Assembly (NCBI GenBank): GCA_045806785.1
Contig: JBJMIR010000114.1
Span: 10,913 to 74,912 of the forward strand
Direction: 5' to 3'
Source of the DNA: Propionibacteriaceae bacterium
GTDB taxonomy: Bacteria > Actinomycetota > Actinomycetes > Propionibacteriales > Propionibacteriaceae
DNA length: 64,000 nt
Under the pieces are notes generated by a model. That model had not been told where the DNA came from. It made no database searches and worked only from the letters and a program-made list of their open reading frames with translations. Positions 45,990-54,852 of this stretch are shown here, in pieces. A program made the translations under genes and the position numbers. How positions within the stretch are numbered: the stretch's first letter is position 1; each line of letters opens with the position of its first letter.

Positions 45990-47147
45990 GTGAGTACCAA
46001 GGACTGGATCGAGAAGGATTACTACAAGGTCCTCGGTGTCTCCAAGGACGCCTCCCCTGAGGAGATCAAGAAGGCGTACCGCAAGCTGGCGCGTGCCAAC
46101 CATCCGGATCAAAACCCCGGTAATACGGCAGCCGAGCAGCGCTTCAAGGAGATCTCAGAAGCCAACGACGTGCTGTCCGATACGGCAAAACGCAAGGAGT
46201 ACGACGAAGCTCGGCGGTTGTTCGGCTCCGGTGGCTTCCACTTCCCGCCGCGCAGCGGTGCCCGGACCGGCGGCCCATCGGTCGACGACCTGTTCCGCAA
46301 CGCCGGTGGCGGCCTAGGCGACATCTTCGGCGGCCTGTTCAATGGCGGCCCTACCACCCAGACGACACGCTTCTCCACTGCCCGTGGTCCGCGCCGCGGC
46401 AGCGACGTCGAGGGCGAGGTCATGGTGGACTTCGTGCAGGCGATCGAAGGCGTAACGGTCGGGATGCAGATGGTGTCGGAGACAGCGTGTGAGGCGTGTC
46501 GCGGTACCGGCGCCCGCACTGGAACGATTCCGCGGGTATGCCCCACCTGTGAGGGCAGCGGTATGCAGACCTCGACCTCCGGCGGCGTCTTCGCCGTCAC
46601 CGAGCCGTGCCGTGAGTGTCGTGGTCGGGGAATGATCGTCGACGACCCGTGCCCGGTATGTCTTGGCTCTGGTCGCGGCAAGTCCACCAAGACCATGCAG
46701 GTCCGGATTCCCGCGGGCGTTACCGACGGCCAGCGCATCCGCCTCAAAGGCCGCGGCGGCGCCGGAGAGAACGGTGGCGCTCCTGGCGACCTGTACGTCA
46801 CTGTGCATGTACGGCCGCATCCCATCTTCGGGCGTAAGGGCGACAACCTGACCCTCACCGCGCCGGTCACCTTCCAAGAGGCCGCGCTAGGTGCGGAGAT
46901 CGAGGTGCCAACCCTGCATGGCGCGCCGGTCAAGCTTCGGCTGTCGCCGGGCACTCCCAATGGGCGCACGCTGCGGGTGCGCGGCAAGGGTGTCAGCAAG
47001 CGTGACGGCAGTAAGGGCGATCTGCTCGTCACCGTCGAGGTCTTGGTGCCTCAGGCGCTCAATGAACAGGCTCGGGAGGCCCTGAACTCATACGCGGAGG
47101 CGGTCGGCTCGGTCAATCCCAGGGCGAAGCTCTTCGCCGCGGGATGA
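45990..47147 (+). CDS. dnaJ: Co-chaperone DnaJ
   Basis: J-domain DYYKVLGV .. HPD, Gly-rich linker, and four CxxCxGxG zinc-finger repeats. Confidence 0.97.
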   Translation: MSTKDWIEKDYYKVLGVSKDASPEEIKKAYRKLARANHPDQNPGNTAAEQRFKEISEANDVLSDTAKRKEYDEARRLFGSGGFHFPPRSGARTGGPSVDDLFRNAGGGLGDIFGGLFNGGPTTQTTRFSTARGPRRGSDVEGEVMVDFVQAIEGVTVGMQMVSETACEACRGTGARTGTIPRVCPTCEGSGMQTSTSGGVFAVTEPCRECRGRGMIVDDPCPVCLGSGRGKSTKTMQVRIPAGVTDGQRIRLKGRGGAGENGGAPGDLYVTVHVRPHPIFGRKGDNLTLTAPVTFQEAALGAEIEVPTLHGAPVKLRLSPGTPNGRTLRVRGKGVSKRDGSKGDLLVTVEVLVPQALNEQAREALNSYAEAVGSVNPRAKLFAAG

Positions 47148-47155
47148 GGTGACAG

Positions 47156-47584
47156 GTGCCTGCCCCAGAGCTGCCGCAGCGAATCGATCATGACGCGCCC
47201 GTATTCGTGATCTCGGTTGCAGCTCATCTTGCTGGGATGCACCCGCAGACGTTGCGAACCTACGACCGCATGGGCCTGGTATCGCCACGGCGTACGCCGA
47301 AACGCGGCCGGCGCTATTCGGCGCGGGACATTGCCAGGCTTCGGCTCATCCAGCGGCTTTCCCAAGACGAGGGCATCAACCTCGAGGGCATCCGTCGGAT
47401 TCTGCATATGCAGGACGACATCGATGAGCTCCGAACTCGGGTCGAGCAGCTGACGTCCCTGCTTGCCGCAGTTCAGGAATCGTCCGGGTCGCGGGTGTTC
47501 ACCGCTGATCCGATCGGCGGAGTACATCTCGGCCGGCGGGGGCGCCGGGCGCCGCTTGCTCTGCCCGGCCGGCCCTTGCCCTGA
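47156..47584 (+). CDS. hspR: Heat-shock repressor HspR (MerR family)
   Basis: MerR HTH VFVISVAAHLAGMHPQTLRTYDRMGLVSPRR. It is the last gene of the dnaK operon, as in other actinobacteria. Confidence 0.9.
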   Translation: MPAPELPQRIDHDAPVFVISVAAHLAGMHPQTLRTYDRMGLVSPRRTPKRGRRYSARDIARLRLIQRLSQDEGINLEGIRRILHMQDDIDELRTRVEQLTSLLAAVQESSGSRVFTADPIGGVHLGRRGRRAPLALPGRPLP

Positions 47585-47640
47585 GCTCTGAGCCCTTTCC
47601 TGTAAGGGCCAAGATCGGAATACACGTATTGCGCAAAAAG

Positions 47641-47715
47641 TTGAGTCTATGACGCTCAAGTTTGTCGTTGCGAAGTCAATCTTGGCAGCGCATAGTTGAG
47701 TGAGGCGTACTCAAG
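47641..47715. promoter_or_regulatory. Two HAIR operators upstream of clpB
   Basis: TTGAGT-N7-GCTCAAG (47641-47660) and TTGAGT-N7-ACTCAAG (47696-47715). Confidence 0.85.
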
Positions 47716-47732
47716 TTTGACCCAGAGGAGAC

Positions 47733-50330
47733 ATGGACACCAACAAGCTCACTACCAAGAGTCGTGACGCAGTCTCAGCCGCGATACGGACCGCCCTGAC
47801 GCAGGGCAACCCGTACGCTGAACCGTCCCATCTGCTGCACGCACTGCTGCAGACGTCAAGCAACACTGTCGCGCCGTTGCTCTCCGCTGCGGGCGCTGAC
47901 CCGGCGGTTGTTGCCGCGGCTGCACAGGGTGCGATTTCCAAGCTGCCATCGGCCAAGGGCACCTCGGTGAGCCAGCCGAACCTTTCAGGATCCTTTGCCC
48001 GGGTGCTGGCCGACGCTGAGACGCGTGCCGAGCAACTCGGCGACGCGTACGTGGCAACCGAACACCTCTTGATCTCACTCGCGACGGTCGACTCGGACGC
48101 CAGGAAGGTGCTGTCTCAGCTCAATGTCAAGCCCAATGTGCTAACTCGCGCCTTCAACGAGGCTCGAGGCAGCAAGCGGGTGACTAGCCCGGAGGCTGAG
48201 GCAACCTCCTCAGCGCTCGACCAGTACAGCGTTGACCTCACCGCTATGGCGCGCGACGGCAAACTCGACCCGGTCATCGGTCGCGATGCCGAGATTCGTC
48301 GGGTGGTTCAGGTGCTGGCGCGACGGACCAAGAACAATCCTGTCCTGATCGGCGAGCCTGGCGTAGGCAAGACGGCGGTCGTCGAAGGGCTGGCTCAACG
48401 GCTGGTCGCCGGCGATGTGCCCGACTCGCTGAAGAGCCGTCGGCTGCTGTCCCTCGATCTGCCCTCAATGGTCGCCGGCGCGAAATTCCGTGGCGAGTTC
48501 GAGGAGCGGCTGAAGGCGGTCCTGACCGAGATCAAGGACGCAGCGGGACAGATCATTACCTTCATCGACGAGCTGCACACCGTTGTCGGTGCCGGCGCGA
48601 CCGGCGACTCATCCATGGACGCCGGCAACATGCTCAAGCCGATGCTGGCGCGTGGTGAGCTGCGCATGATCGGGGCTACCACGCTGGACGAATATCGGGA
48701 GCGCATCGAGAAAGACCCGGCGTTTGAGCGACGCTTCCAGCAGGTCTTCGTGGATGAGCCGAGTGTCGAGGACACCATCGCGATCTTGCGTGGTTTGCGG
48801 GAGCGGTACGAGGCCCACCACAAGGTGGCGATCACCGACGGAGCCCTGGTCGCGGCTGCGACTCTGTCACACCGCTACATCACCTCTCGACGGCTCCCGG
48901 ACAAGGCCATCGACTTGGTCGACGAGGCGGCATCCCGGTTGCGGATGGAGATCGACTCCTCCCCGGTGGAGATCGATGCCCTGCGTCGCACCGTCGAGCG
49001 GATGAAGATGCAGAAGTTCGCGTTGGAGAAGGAGTCAGATCCAGGCAGCGTCGAGCGCTTGCATCGGTTGACCGAGGAACTCGCCAACGTGGAGGAGGAG
49101 CTGCGTTCCCTCGAGGCCCGCTGGGAGGCAGAGAAGCAAGGCCTCAACCGGGTCGGTGAGCTGAAGAAGCAGATCGATGAGTTGCGTGTCGCATCTGAGC
49201 GGGCACTCCGCGAAGGCGATCTGGTGAAGGCCAGTGAGATCAACTACGGCGAGATTCCCGCGCTGGAGAAGGAGATGGAGGAGGCGGCCACGGCCGAGAG
49301 CCAGCTGCCCTCGATGGTCTCCGAAGAGGTCGGTCCTAACGATGTGGCCGAGGTCGTCTCAAACTGGACGGGAATCCCGCTAGGCCGCCTGCTGCAAGGT
49401 GAGACCGAGAAGCTGTTGTCGATGGAGTCCCGGATCGGTGAACGGCTGGTTGGTCAGTTGAAGGCCGTTCGAGCCGTTGCCGATGCGGTACGCCGTTCCC
49501 GTGCGGGCATTTCCGATCCCAACCGGCCCACTGGATCGTTCCTGTTCCTCGGACCGACGGGCGTCGGTAAGACGGAGCTGGCCAAGTCGCTTGCCGAGTT
49601 CCTCTTCGACGACGAGCGGGCCATGATCAGGATCGACATGAGCGAGTACTCCGAGAAGCACTCGGTGGCTCGGCTCGTCGGTGCACCTCCCGGCTACATC
49701 GGCTATGAGGAAGGCGGCCAGCTGACTGAGGCTGTGCGACGCCGCCCGTACTCGGTGGTGCTGCTGGATGAGGTGGAGAAGGCGCACAGCGAAGTCTTCG
49801 ACATCTTGCTGCAGGTGCTCGATGATGGCCGGCTGACCGACGGCCAGGGACGTACCGTCGACTTCCGTAACACGATCTTGATCTTGACCTCCAACCTGGG
49901 CTCACAGTTCCTGGCGGACCAGACACTGGACACCGAGACCAAGCGGAATGCCGTCATGGGTGTGGTACGTGGTGCGTTCAAGCCCGAATTCCTGAACCGG
50001 CTCGATGAAATCGTGCTCTTCGACGCCCTCGACACCGAGGAGCTCGCCAAGATCGTGGAGATAACTCTGCGCCGGCTCAACAAGCGGCTCACTGATCGGC
50101 GGATCACCGTGGAGGCTACGCCGGCCGCTAAAGAGTGGCTGGCCCTCACCGGCTTCGATCCGGTTTTCGGGGCCCGTCCGCTACGCCGGCTGATCCAGAC
50201 CACCATCGAAGATCAACTCGCGCAGCGGGTGCTGGCCGGCCAGGTCCACGAGGGCGACACCGTGACCTTCGACGCCGACGAAAGTCGCGACGGCTTGGTC
50301 ATCTTGGAGTCTCAGCCGGCCATCGCCTAA
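47733..50330 (+). CDS. clpB: Disaggregase ClpB
   Basis: Two AAA+ modules ([18 protein letters not shown]) and a long coiled-coil middle domain. 865 aa. Confidence 0.97.
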   Translation: MDTNKLTTKSRDAVSAAIRTALTQGNPYAEPSHLLHALLQTSSNTVAPLLSAAGADPAVVAAAAQGAISKLPSAKGTSVSQPNLSGSFARVLADAETRAEQLGDAYVATEHLLISLATVDSDARKVLSQLNVKPNVLTRAFNEARGSKRVTSPEAEATSSALDQYSVDLTAMARDGKLDPVIGRDAEIRRVVQVLARRTKNNPVLIGEPGVGKTAVVEGLAQRLVAGDVPDSLKSRRLLSLDLPSMVAGAKFRGEFEERLKAVLTEIKDAAGQIITFIDELHTVVGAGATGDSSMDAGNMLKPMLARGELRMIGATTLDEYRERIEKDPAFERRFQQVFVDEPSVEDTIAILRGLRERYEAHHKVAITDGALVAAATLSHRYITSRRLPDKAIDLVDEAASRLRMEIDSSPVEIDALRRTVERMKMQKFALEKESDPGSVERLHRLTEELANVEEELRSLEARWEAEKQGLNRVGELKKQIDELRVASERALREGDLVKASEINYGEIPALEKEMEEAATAESQLPSMVSEEVGPNDVAEVVSNWTGIPLGRLLQGETEKLLSMESRIGERLVGQLKAVRAVADAVRRSRAGISDPNRPTGSFLFLGPTGVGKTELAKSLAEFLFDDERAMIRIDMSEYSEKHSVARLVGAPPGYIGYEEGGQLTEAVRRRPYSVVLLDEVEKAHSEVFDILLQVLDDGRLTDGQGRTVDFRNTILILTSNLGSQFLADQTLDTETKRNAVMGVVRGAFKPEFLNRLDEIVLFDALDTEELAKIVEITLRRLNKRLTDRRITVEATPAAKEWLALTGFDPVFGARPLRRLIQTTIEDQLAQRVLAGQVHEGDTVTFDADESRDGLVILESQPAIA

Positions 50331-50370
50331 CTGCTCACCTAACCCCCGACAAGTTGGGGGGTTAGGCATG

Positions 50371-51354
50371 TCACCACCAGCCCTGCTTGTGTGCCCAGCG
50401 CAACAAGATCAGCGATATCACAAGCATGATCAATAGCAGCACGCTGAGCGCGACCCAGTGCGTGGATTGGTTGACGATGACGTTCATCCCGAGGACGGAT
50501 GAGAGCGAGGTAATGGGAAGGGTGAGTGCCGCGATGACGGCGAGGCGCTCAGCGGCGATGGTCATCTTGGTGTCGGTACGCGCCCGATGGAACTCCGTGA
50601 CGCCTACCAGGAAGACCAACTGCGCATCGCTGATATGCGCAACGGTCTCGTACTGATCAAGCACGTCCTTCATCAGCGCCAGTCCTTCGGGTGGCGCAAA
50701 CGTGGTGAGCTTGATCGCCCGCCGATAGATCTCGCTGCCCTGTGTGGCCATGGTCTTGATCGTCAACAGCTCATGCCGCGCCGCGAACAGTTGACTGAGG
50801 AACTGCTGCGGCTCCTCGTCGACGTCAGCCATCACCTGCTGCTCCATGAGGCCGACTTCGCGCGCGATCTCAGCCACCATTTCAGCCTCTCGACGCGCAA
50901 TCGAGGAGACGATGGCGTACGTCAGACCGAATGGTGAGGTCGGGTGCAGCCGGCCGCTCTCCATCCGTGCCGCCACCGCATCCGTCTCGCGTAGCGCCGA
51001 CTCCAGCGGCACCTTCGGGTTCACCGGGCCGTGGACGGTGACCAGGAAGTTCTTGCCGACGAACTGGTCCAACTCGAGATAGTGCACATGCCCGCCCGCG
51101 CCGATCTCAGGCGCGTGCACGACGATGAACACGTGGTGCGGATAGACATGGACTCGGGGAATGTGATTGCGGTTGCGGCTTTCCGCGATCGCCATCGGAT
51201 GAAAGTGAAATTCCCGTGTCAGCAGCCCCTCGGCCTCCTCGCTCCACTCCGGAATGTCAAGCCAGAGAAATCCGTCGTTGCGCTTCCGCAGGTCCGGCAG
51301 CTCGGCCAAGCCGTGGCTAGTCACCTCTTTGGAGTCGATCCAGCGCAGGTTCAT
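50371..51354 (-). CDS. corA: CorA-family Mg2+/Co2+ transporter
   Basis: C-terminal two TM helices with the GMN motif (VLGMNVIV). ATG 51354 is preferred over 51393. Confidence 0.8.
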   Translation of the reverse strand: MNLRWIDSKEVTSHGLAELPDLRKRNDGFLWLDIPEWSEEAEGLLTREFHFHPMAIAESRNRNHIPRVHVYPHHVFIVVHAPEIGAGGHVHYLELDQFVGKNFLVTVHGPVNPKVPLESALRETDAVAARMESGRLHPTSPFGLTYAIVSSIARREAEMVAEIAREVGLMEQQVMADVDEEPQQFLSQLFAARHELLTIKTMATQGSEIYRRAIKLTTFAPPEGLALMKDVLDQYETVAHISDAQLVFLVGVTEFHRARTDTKMTIAAERLAVIAALTLPITSLSSVLGMNVIVNQSTHWVALSVLLLIMLVISLILLRWAHKQGWW

Positions 51355-51440
51355 GGCGACTCTCCCTTCCACATTTTTTCTACACCACAGCACCAGGGGT
51401 TTCGCCTGCCTGCACCCGGGCCGGGTGCCAAGGAGCAGGG

Positions 51441-52283
51441 GTGAAGTCGGACAGTCTGGTGCTTCGACCCGGCAGCGAGAGTGCGCTCCTGGTACGCGAT
51501 CTGGCCTACCCGCGCGCCTTCACACTTCGAGTCGGCCGGACCGACCAGTCCTACGTCGATCTTGATGACCCACTGCGGCTGGAGTTCGACTACATGCAAC
51601 GGCTAGTTGATGTTCTGGACAGCGTGGCTGAACCGGGGCAGCGGTTACGCGTCGTGCACGTCGGCGGTGCCGCTATGACCCTGCCGCGTTATGTCGCCGC
51701 GACGCGGCCGACCTCAGCGCAAATAGTCTTAGAGCCTGATACCGAGCTGACCGCCTTTGTTCGGCGGCATCTGCCACTACCGACACGCAGTGGGATCAAG
51801 GTGCGCGGTACCGACGGCCGGCACGGCATCGCCGAGCTGGATGACGGGTTCGCGGATTTGATCATCATCGACGCCTTCGTCGGCGCTCGGGTGCCGGCCG
51901 ATGTTACGACAATAGAGTTCCTCATCGATGCCCGGCGAGCGCTCAATGATCATGGACTGATCATGATCAATCTGACTGATCGCGCGCCGCTGGCATATGC
52001 GCGCCGGGTGTTGGCCAGCGTGAGTCAGAGCTTTCGGCACATGGTGCTTTGTGCGGAATCATCCACCCTGAAAGGCCGCCGGTTCGGGAACGTGATCATT
52101 GGCGGCGGTGCTCGACCACTGCCGTACGCGACGATCGCCGAGCGCGCCGGGCGCTCACCCTTTCCCTATCGGGTGCTACGCGGTGCGCGGCTGAATCAAT
52201 TGCTCGCTGACAGTGCCCCTTTCCGTGACGGGGATGCTCAGCAGTCACCAGAGCCGGGGCGCGAAATGCGGCACCTTGCGTGA
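51441..52283 (+). CDS. Spermidine-synthase-like (class I methyltransferase fold) protein
   Basis: Contains VVHVGGAAMTLPRY .. LIIIDAF motifs. GTG follows AAGGAG. Confidence 0.6.
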   Translation: MKSDSLVLRPGSESALLVRDLAYPRAFTLRVGRTDQSYVDLDDPLRLEFDYMQRLVDVLDSVAEPGQRLRVVHVGGAAMTLPRYVAATRPTSAQIVLEPDTELTAFVRRHLPLPTRSGIKVRGTDGRHGIAELDDGFADLIIIDAFVGARVPADVTTIEFLIDARRALNDHGLIMINLTDRAPLAYARRVLASVSQSFRHMVLCAESSTLKGRRFGNVIIGGGARPLPYATIAERAGRSPFPYRVLRGARLNQLLADSAPFRDGDAQQSPEPGREMRHLA

Positions 52284-52316
52284 TAGACGTGGAAGATCTT
52301 GATCAAGAGCAAAGAC

Positions 52317-52829
52317 TCAGGTGTGATCTTCGACCAGGGCTGCATATCTCGTCAGGTATAGCGGCCAGCCCCGCTCTCCATCGGCCCCCTCGCTGACCGC
52401 CTCCCAGCCTGGACCGTGTCGCTCGATGTAGCGGTGTTCCAGCTCGACGCGGGTCCGCTGTGCGCTCTCAGCGAGAAACTTGACTTCGACCTCACTTGTC
52501 AGCGCCGGGTCGGTCTCCAGCTGCCACTGCGGGCTGATTCCCCAGCTGAACACCACCAAGTTCGGCGGTTCGTAGACCAAGACCCGGGCCCAATGGCACT
52601 CGCTGCCGTCTATGGCACGGTCGTAGATATGGCCGCCGACCCGCGGCTCGAAGACCGTCTCGGCGATCGGTGCCGCGAGCAGATTGTGCTCCGGCGGCTT
52701 GAAGTCACCAAAGCGCTCGGTGAATACCCGAAAGGCTCGGTCCACCGGGGTGTTCACCATGACCTGATGGCGAACCCCCGTGGACTGGGGCTGGGTGGAC
52801 TGGGGCTGGGTGGACTGGGGCTGGGTCAT
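52317..52829 (-). CDS. SRPBCC (Aha1/START-like) protein with an N-terminal (TQPQS)x3 repeat
   Basis: Contains VNTPVDRAFRVFTERFGDF .. GWEAV.. core. ATGA overlap with the arsR-like stop. Confidence 0.7.
   Translation of the reverse strand: MTQPQSTQPQSTQPQSTGVRHQVMVNTPVDRAFRVFTERFGDFKPPEHNLLAAPIAETVFEPRVGGHIYDRAIDGSECHWARVLVYEPPNLVVFSWGISPQWQLETDPALTSEVEVKFLAESAQRTRVELEHRYIERHGPGWEAVSEGADGERGWPLYLTRYAALVEDHT
52781..52825. repeat. Perfect 15-bp tandem repeat x3 (TGGACTGGGGCTGGG), in frame
   Basis: Copies at 52781-52795, 52796-52810 and 52811-52825. It encodes TQPQS three times at the N-terminus of the SRPBCC protein. Confidence 0.9.
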
Positions 52830-53149
52830 GAACTGTCCTCCGTCGTTTCTTCTGCAATTTCTGCGTAGCCGGCGAGCGCTCGCTGCCAAAAGGTGTCCAG
52901 CTGATCGCGCAGGGCGGCTACCGCAGCTGGGTTGAGCCGATAGATCCGTCTGGTACCGGACTGTCGCTCGGTGACCAGACCGGCGTCCTTCAGTACTTTC
53001 AGGTGTTGTGAGACCGCGGACCGAGTGACCGGCAGACGTTCCGCGATCTGCCCGACCGCCTGAGGCCTCTCGGCCAGAGAGGCAACGATGGTGCGCCGCG
53101 TACCGTCCGCCAATGCGTCCCAGGGATCCATTGATCGGTTAGTGTTCAC
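52826..53149 (-). CDS. ArsR/SmtB family transcriptional regulator
   Basis: Winged HTH VGQIAERLPVTRSAVSQHLKVLKDAGLV. The start is 53149 or 53131 (second Met). Confidence 0.85.
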   Translation of the reverse strand: MNTNRSMDPWDALADGTRRTIVASLAERPQAVGQIAERLPVTRSAVSQHLKVLKDAGLVTERQSGTRRIYRLNPAAVAALRDQLDTFWQRALAGYAEIAEETTEDSS

Positions 53150-53169
53150 TAACGGTTAGTCTGCACTAA
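53139..53169. promoter_or_regulatory. Two adjacent palindromes, TTAGTG-N2-CACTAA and TTAGT-N4-ACTAA (candidate ArsR operators)
   Basis: Located at 53139-53152 and 53156-53169, at and just upstream of the arsR-like start. Confidence 0.5.
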
Positions 53170-53188
53170 TAGATGGCAGCCGTCAAGC

Positions 53189-54352
53189 TCAGCTACGCAA
53201 GGTTTTCAGCCTGCTGATCGCCTCATCGAGCACCTGCTGCTGCTTGCAGAAAGCCCAGCGCACGTACGGCCGACCCGCTTCAATGCGGTCGTAGAACACC
53301 TGATGAGGGATCGCCACGACTCCGCAGCGTGTGGGTAGATCCCGACAGAACTCCACGCTGTCGCTGTAACCCAGCGGCCGCACATCGGTGGTCATGAAGT
53401 ATGTGCCTCGAGGAATCACCGGTTCCAGCCCGATCGACCGCAACCCTTCGGCGAATTGATCACGCCGGTCTTGAAGATCAAGTCGAGCCTTCTCCACCCA
53501 CTCATCGCCCTCGTTGAGAGCGCAAGCAACGGCCGGTTGGAACGGCGCGCCAGAGACATAGCTCAGAAACTGCTTCACCGCGGTGATCTCGTTGATCAAC
53601 TCCGCAGTGCCAAGCGCCCAGCCGATCTTCCAGCCGGTCACCGAAAACGTCTTGCCTGCCGACGAGATACGCACGGTCCGTTCCCGCATTCCGGGGAAAC
53701 TCGCCAAGGGCAGGTGTTCGGCGTTATCGAAAGTCAGATGCTCATACACCTCGTCGCAGATAACCACCACATCGTGCTGCACGGCCAGTTCGGCGATCAA
53801 TGCAAGATCAGCGTGATCCAGCACGACTCCTGTCGGGTTATGCGGAGAGTTGATCAACAGCGCCTTGGTCTTGGGCGTGAACGCGGCTCGGATTTCGGCA
53901 TGGTCGAGCCGGAAGTCCGGTCCGAAGAGTCCCACGCCAACGCGTCGCCCGCCCGCCAGCTCGATCGATGCGGCGTAGGAGTCGTAGAAGGGCTCCAAGG
54001 CGATGACCTCGTCGCCTGGGTTGACAAATGCCAAGATCGACGCGGCTAACGCCTCGGTGGCACCCGTGGTGACCAGGACCTCCGTCTCCGGGTCGAAGCT
54101 CAGGCCGTACGTTCGGCTGCTGTGAGCGGCGATGGCCTGTCGCAGCGGCAGGATGCCGCGGCCTGGCGGGTACTGGTTGACACCACTGGCGATCGCCGTC
54201 CGGGCCTCCTCAAGCATGAAGACCGGGCCGTCGGTGTCTGGAAAGCCTTGACCGAGGTTGATCGACTGAGTGGCCAAGGCCCGTGCTGACATCTCGGCGA
54301 AGATGGTGGTCGCCGCCGAGCGAATCCGATCGGCTTTCCAGACAGACGGCAT
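53189..54352 (-). CDS. PLP-dependent class I/II aminotransferase (YbdL / kynurenine-aminotransferase-like; often annotated DapC in actinobacteria)
   Basis: INLGQGFPDTDGP N-terminal motif and SAGKTFSVTGWKIGW (PLP lysine region). 387 aa. Confidence 0.85.
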   Translation of the reverse strand: MPSVWKADRIRSAATTIFAEMSARALATQSINLGQGFPDTDGPVFMLEEARTAIASGVNQYPPGRGILPLRQAIAAHSSRTYGLSFDPETEVLVTTGATEALAASILAFVNPGDEVIALEPFYDSYAASIELAGGRRVGVGLFGPDFRLDHAEIRAAFTPKTKALLINSPHNPTGVVLDHADLALIAELAVQHDVVVICDEVYEHLTFDNAEHLPLASFPGMRERTVRISSAGKTFSVTGWKIGWALGTAELINEITAVKQFLSYVSGAPFQPAVACALNEGDEWVEKARLDLQDRRDQFAEGLRSIGLEPVIPRGTYFMTTDVRPLGYSDSVEFCRDLPTRCGVVAIPHQVFYDRIEAGRPYVRWAFCKQQQVLDEAISRLKTLRS

Positions 54353-54429
54353 AGGTCGACCCTAGCCAACGGCGGCGTGCATGAACGATCACGCATGACC
54401 TGCCGCAGCCAACCCTAATGCTCGAGCAT

Positions 54430-54520
54430 CAGTGCACTGTGAGAAGAAGTGCGCGCTTAAGTCGCCATTGAAAAATCTATTGACATATTAAGTGCAGGTA
54501 GAAATAATTAAGTGCACTTA
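54430..54520 (+). promoter_or_regulatory. Near-consensus sigma70-like promoter embedded in AAGTGC-type palindromes
   Basis: TTGACA (54480-54485), a 17-nt spacer, then AATAAT (54503-54508). Palindromes CAGTGCACTG (54430-54439) and TAAGTGCACTTA (54509-54520). ATTAAGTGCA occurs twice (54487-54496 and 54507-54516). Confidence 0.55.
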
Positions 54521-54551
54521 GCAGCGGTGGCTGCGGAGGGGAGGTGGGGAC

Positions 54552-54659
54552 ATGATCATTCAAGAACTATTCCGCCTTCTTGGCTTTCTGGTCACTTTGG
54601 TGCTCGTCTGCCTCATGATCGGCGCGATCCTAGGGATCTTGCTCCTCATGAGCTTCTGA
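54552..54659 (+). CDS. Small hydrophobic peptide, 35 aa (MIIQELFRLLGFLVTLVLVCLMIGAILGILLLMSF)
   Basis: Hand-translated. GGAGGGGAGGTGGGGA lies directly upstream of the ATG. One predicted TM helix. It is below the ORF-track cutoff. Confidence 0.45.
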   Translation: MIIQELFRLLGFLVTLVLVCLMIGAILGILLLMSF

Positions 54660-54671
54660 GTTGGAGTCCGG

Positions 54672-54773
54672 GTGAGCGTGACTGCGGCATCGAGCGTGGT
54701 ACTGGCGCTTCCCACAGGTTGCGGTCGCCCGCCGCAATTCGTTAGACAGTGGCGCGCATGGGGCTGTCTATGA
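54672..54773 (+). CDS. Second small ORF, 33 aa (VSVTAASSVVLALPTGCGRPPQFVRQWRAWGCL)
   Basis: GTG lies 5 nt after GGAG and 12 nt after the first small-ORF stop. It has a signal-peptide-like start with an imperfect lipobox (PTGC) and two Cys. Speculative. Confidence 0.25.
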   Translation: MSVTAASSVVLALPTGCGRPPQFVRQWRAWGCL

Positions 54774-54819
54774 GCGCGCTTAGCAAGTAAGCTAGCTGCT
54801 TAAGCGCGCACTTGTGCGC
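54774..54819. promoter_or_regulatory. Nested palindromes upstream of the XRE-type gene
   Basis: GCGCGCTTAGCA (54774-54785) faces TGCTTAAGCGCGC (54797-54809). GCGCAC-TT-GTGCGC is at 54806-54819. CTTAAGCGCGCACT (54799-54812) is the exact reverse complement of 54448-54461. Confidence 0.5.
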
Positions 54820-54852
54820 CCCTGACCCGACGAGCAGACATTGAGGTCCAAA

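Noticed and set aside
46109-47032. 307-aa ORF antisense to dnaJ (and similar antisense ORFs opposite clpB, the Fe-S reductase, the ABC exporter and DUF1501)
   Set aside because: Same reasoning. The sense strand has strong family motifs, and the antisense products are Pro/Arg/Ser-rich with no domain.
47592-47609. Hairpin GCCCTT-N6-AAGGGC after hspR as a terminator
   Set aside because: The stem is only 6 bp, and it is not followed by a T-tract. This is too weak to call.
54512-54745. 77-aa ORF in the islet leader
   Set aside because: It is an alternative frame across both small ORFs, with no ribosome-binding site and Arg/His/Pro-rich composition. The 35-aa frame has the strong Shine-Dalgarno.
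54448-54812. Calling the 14-bp inverted repeats the ends of a MITE
   Set aside because: There is no flanking target-site duplication, and I found no second copy in the window. The repeats share the AAGTGC half-site with the promoter palindromes, so protein-binding sites are at least as likely. It is kept as an alternative inside a finding, not as a feature call.
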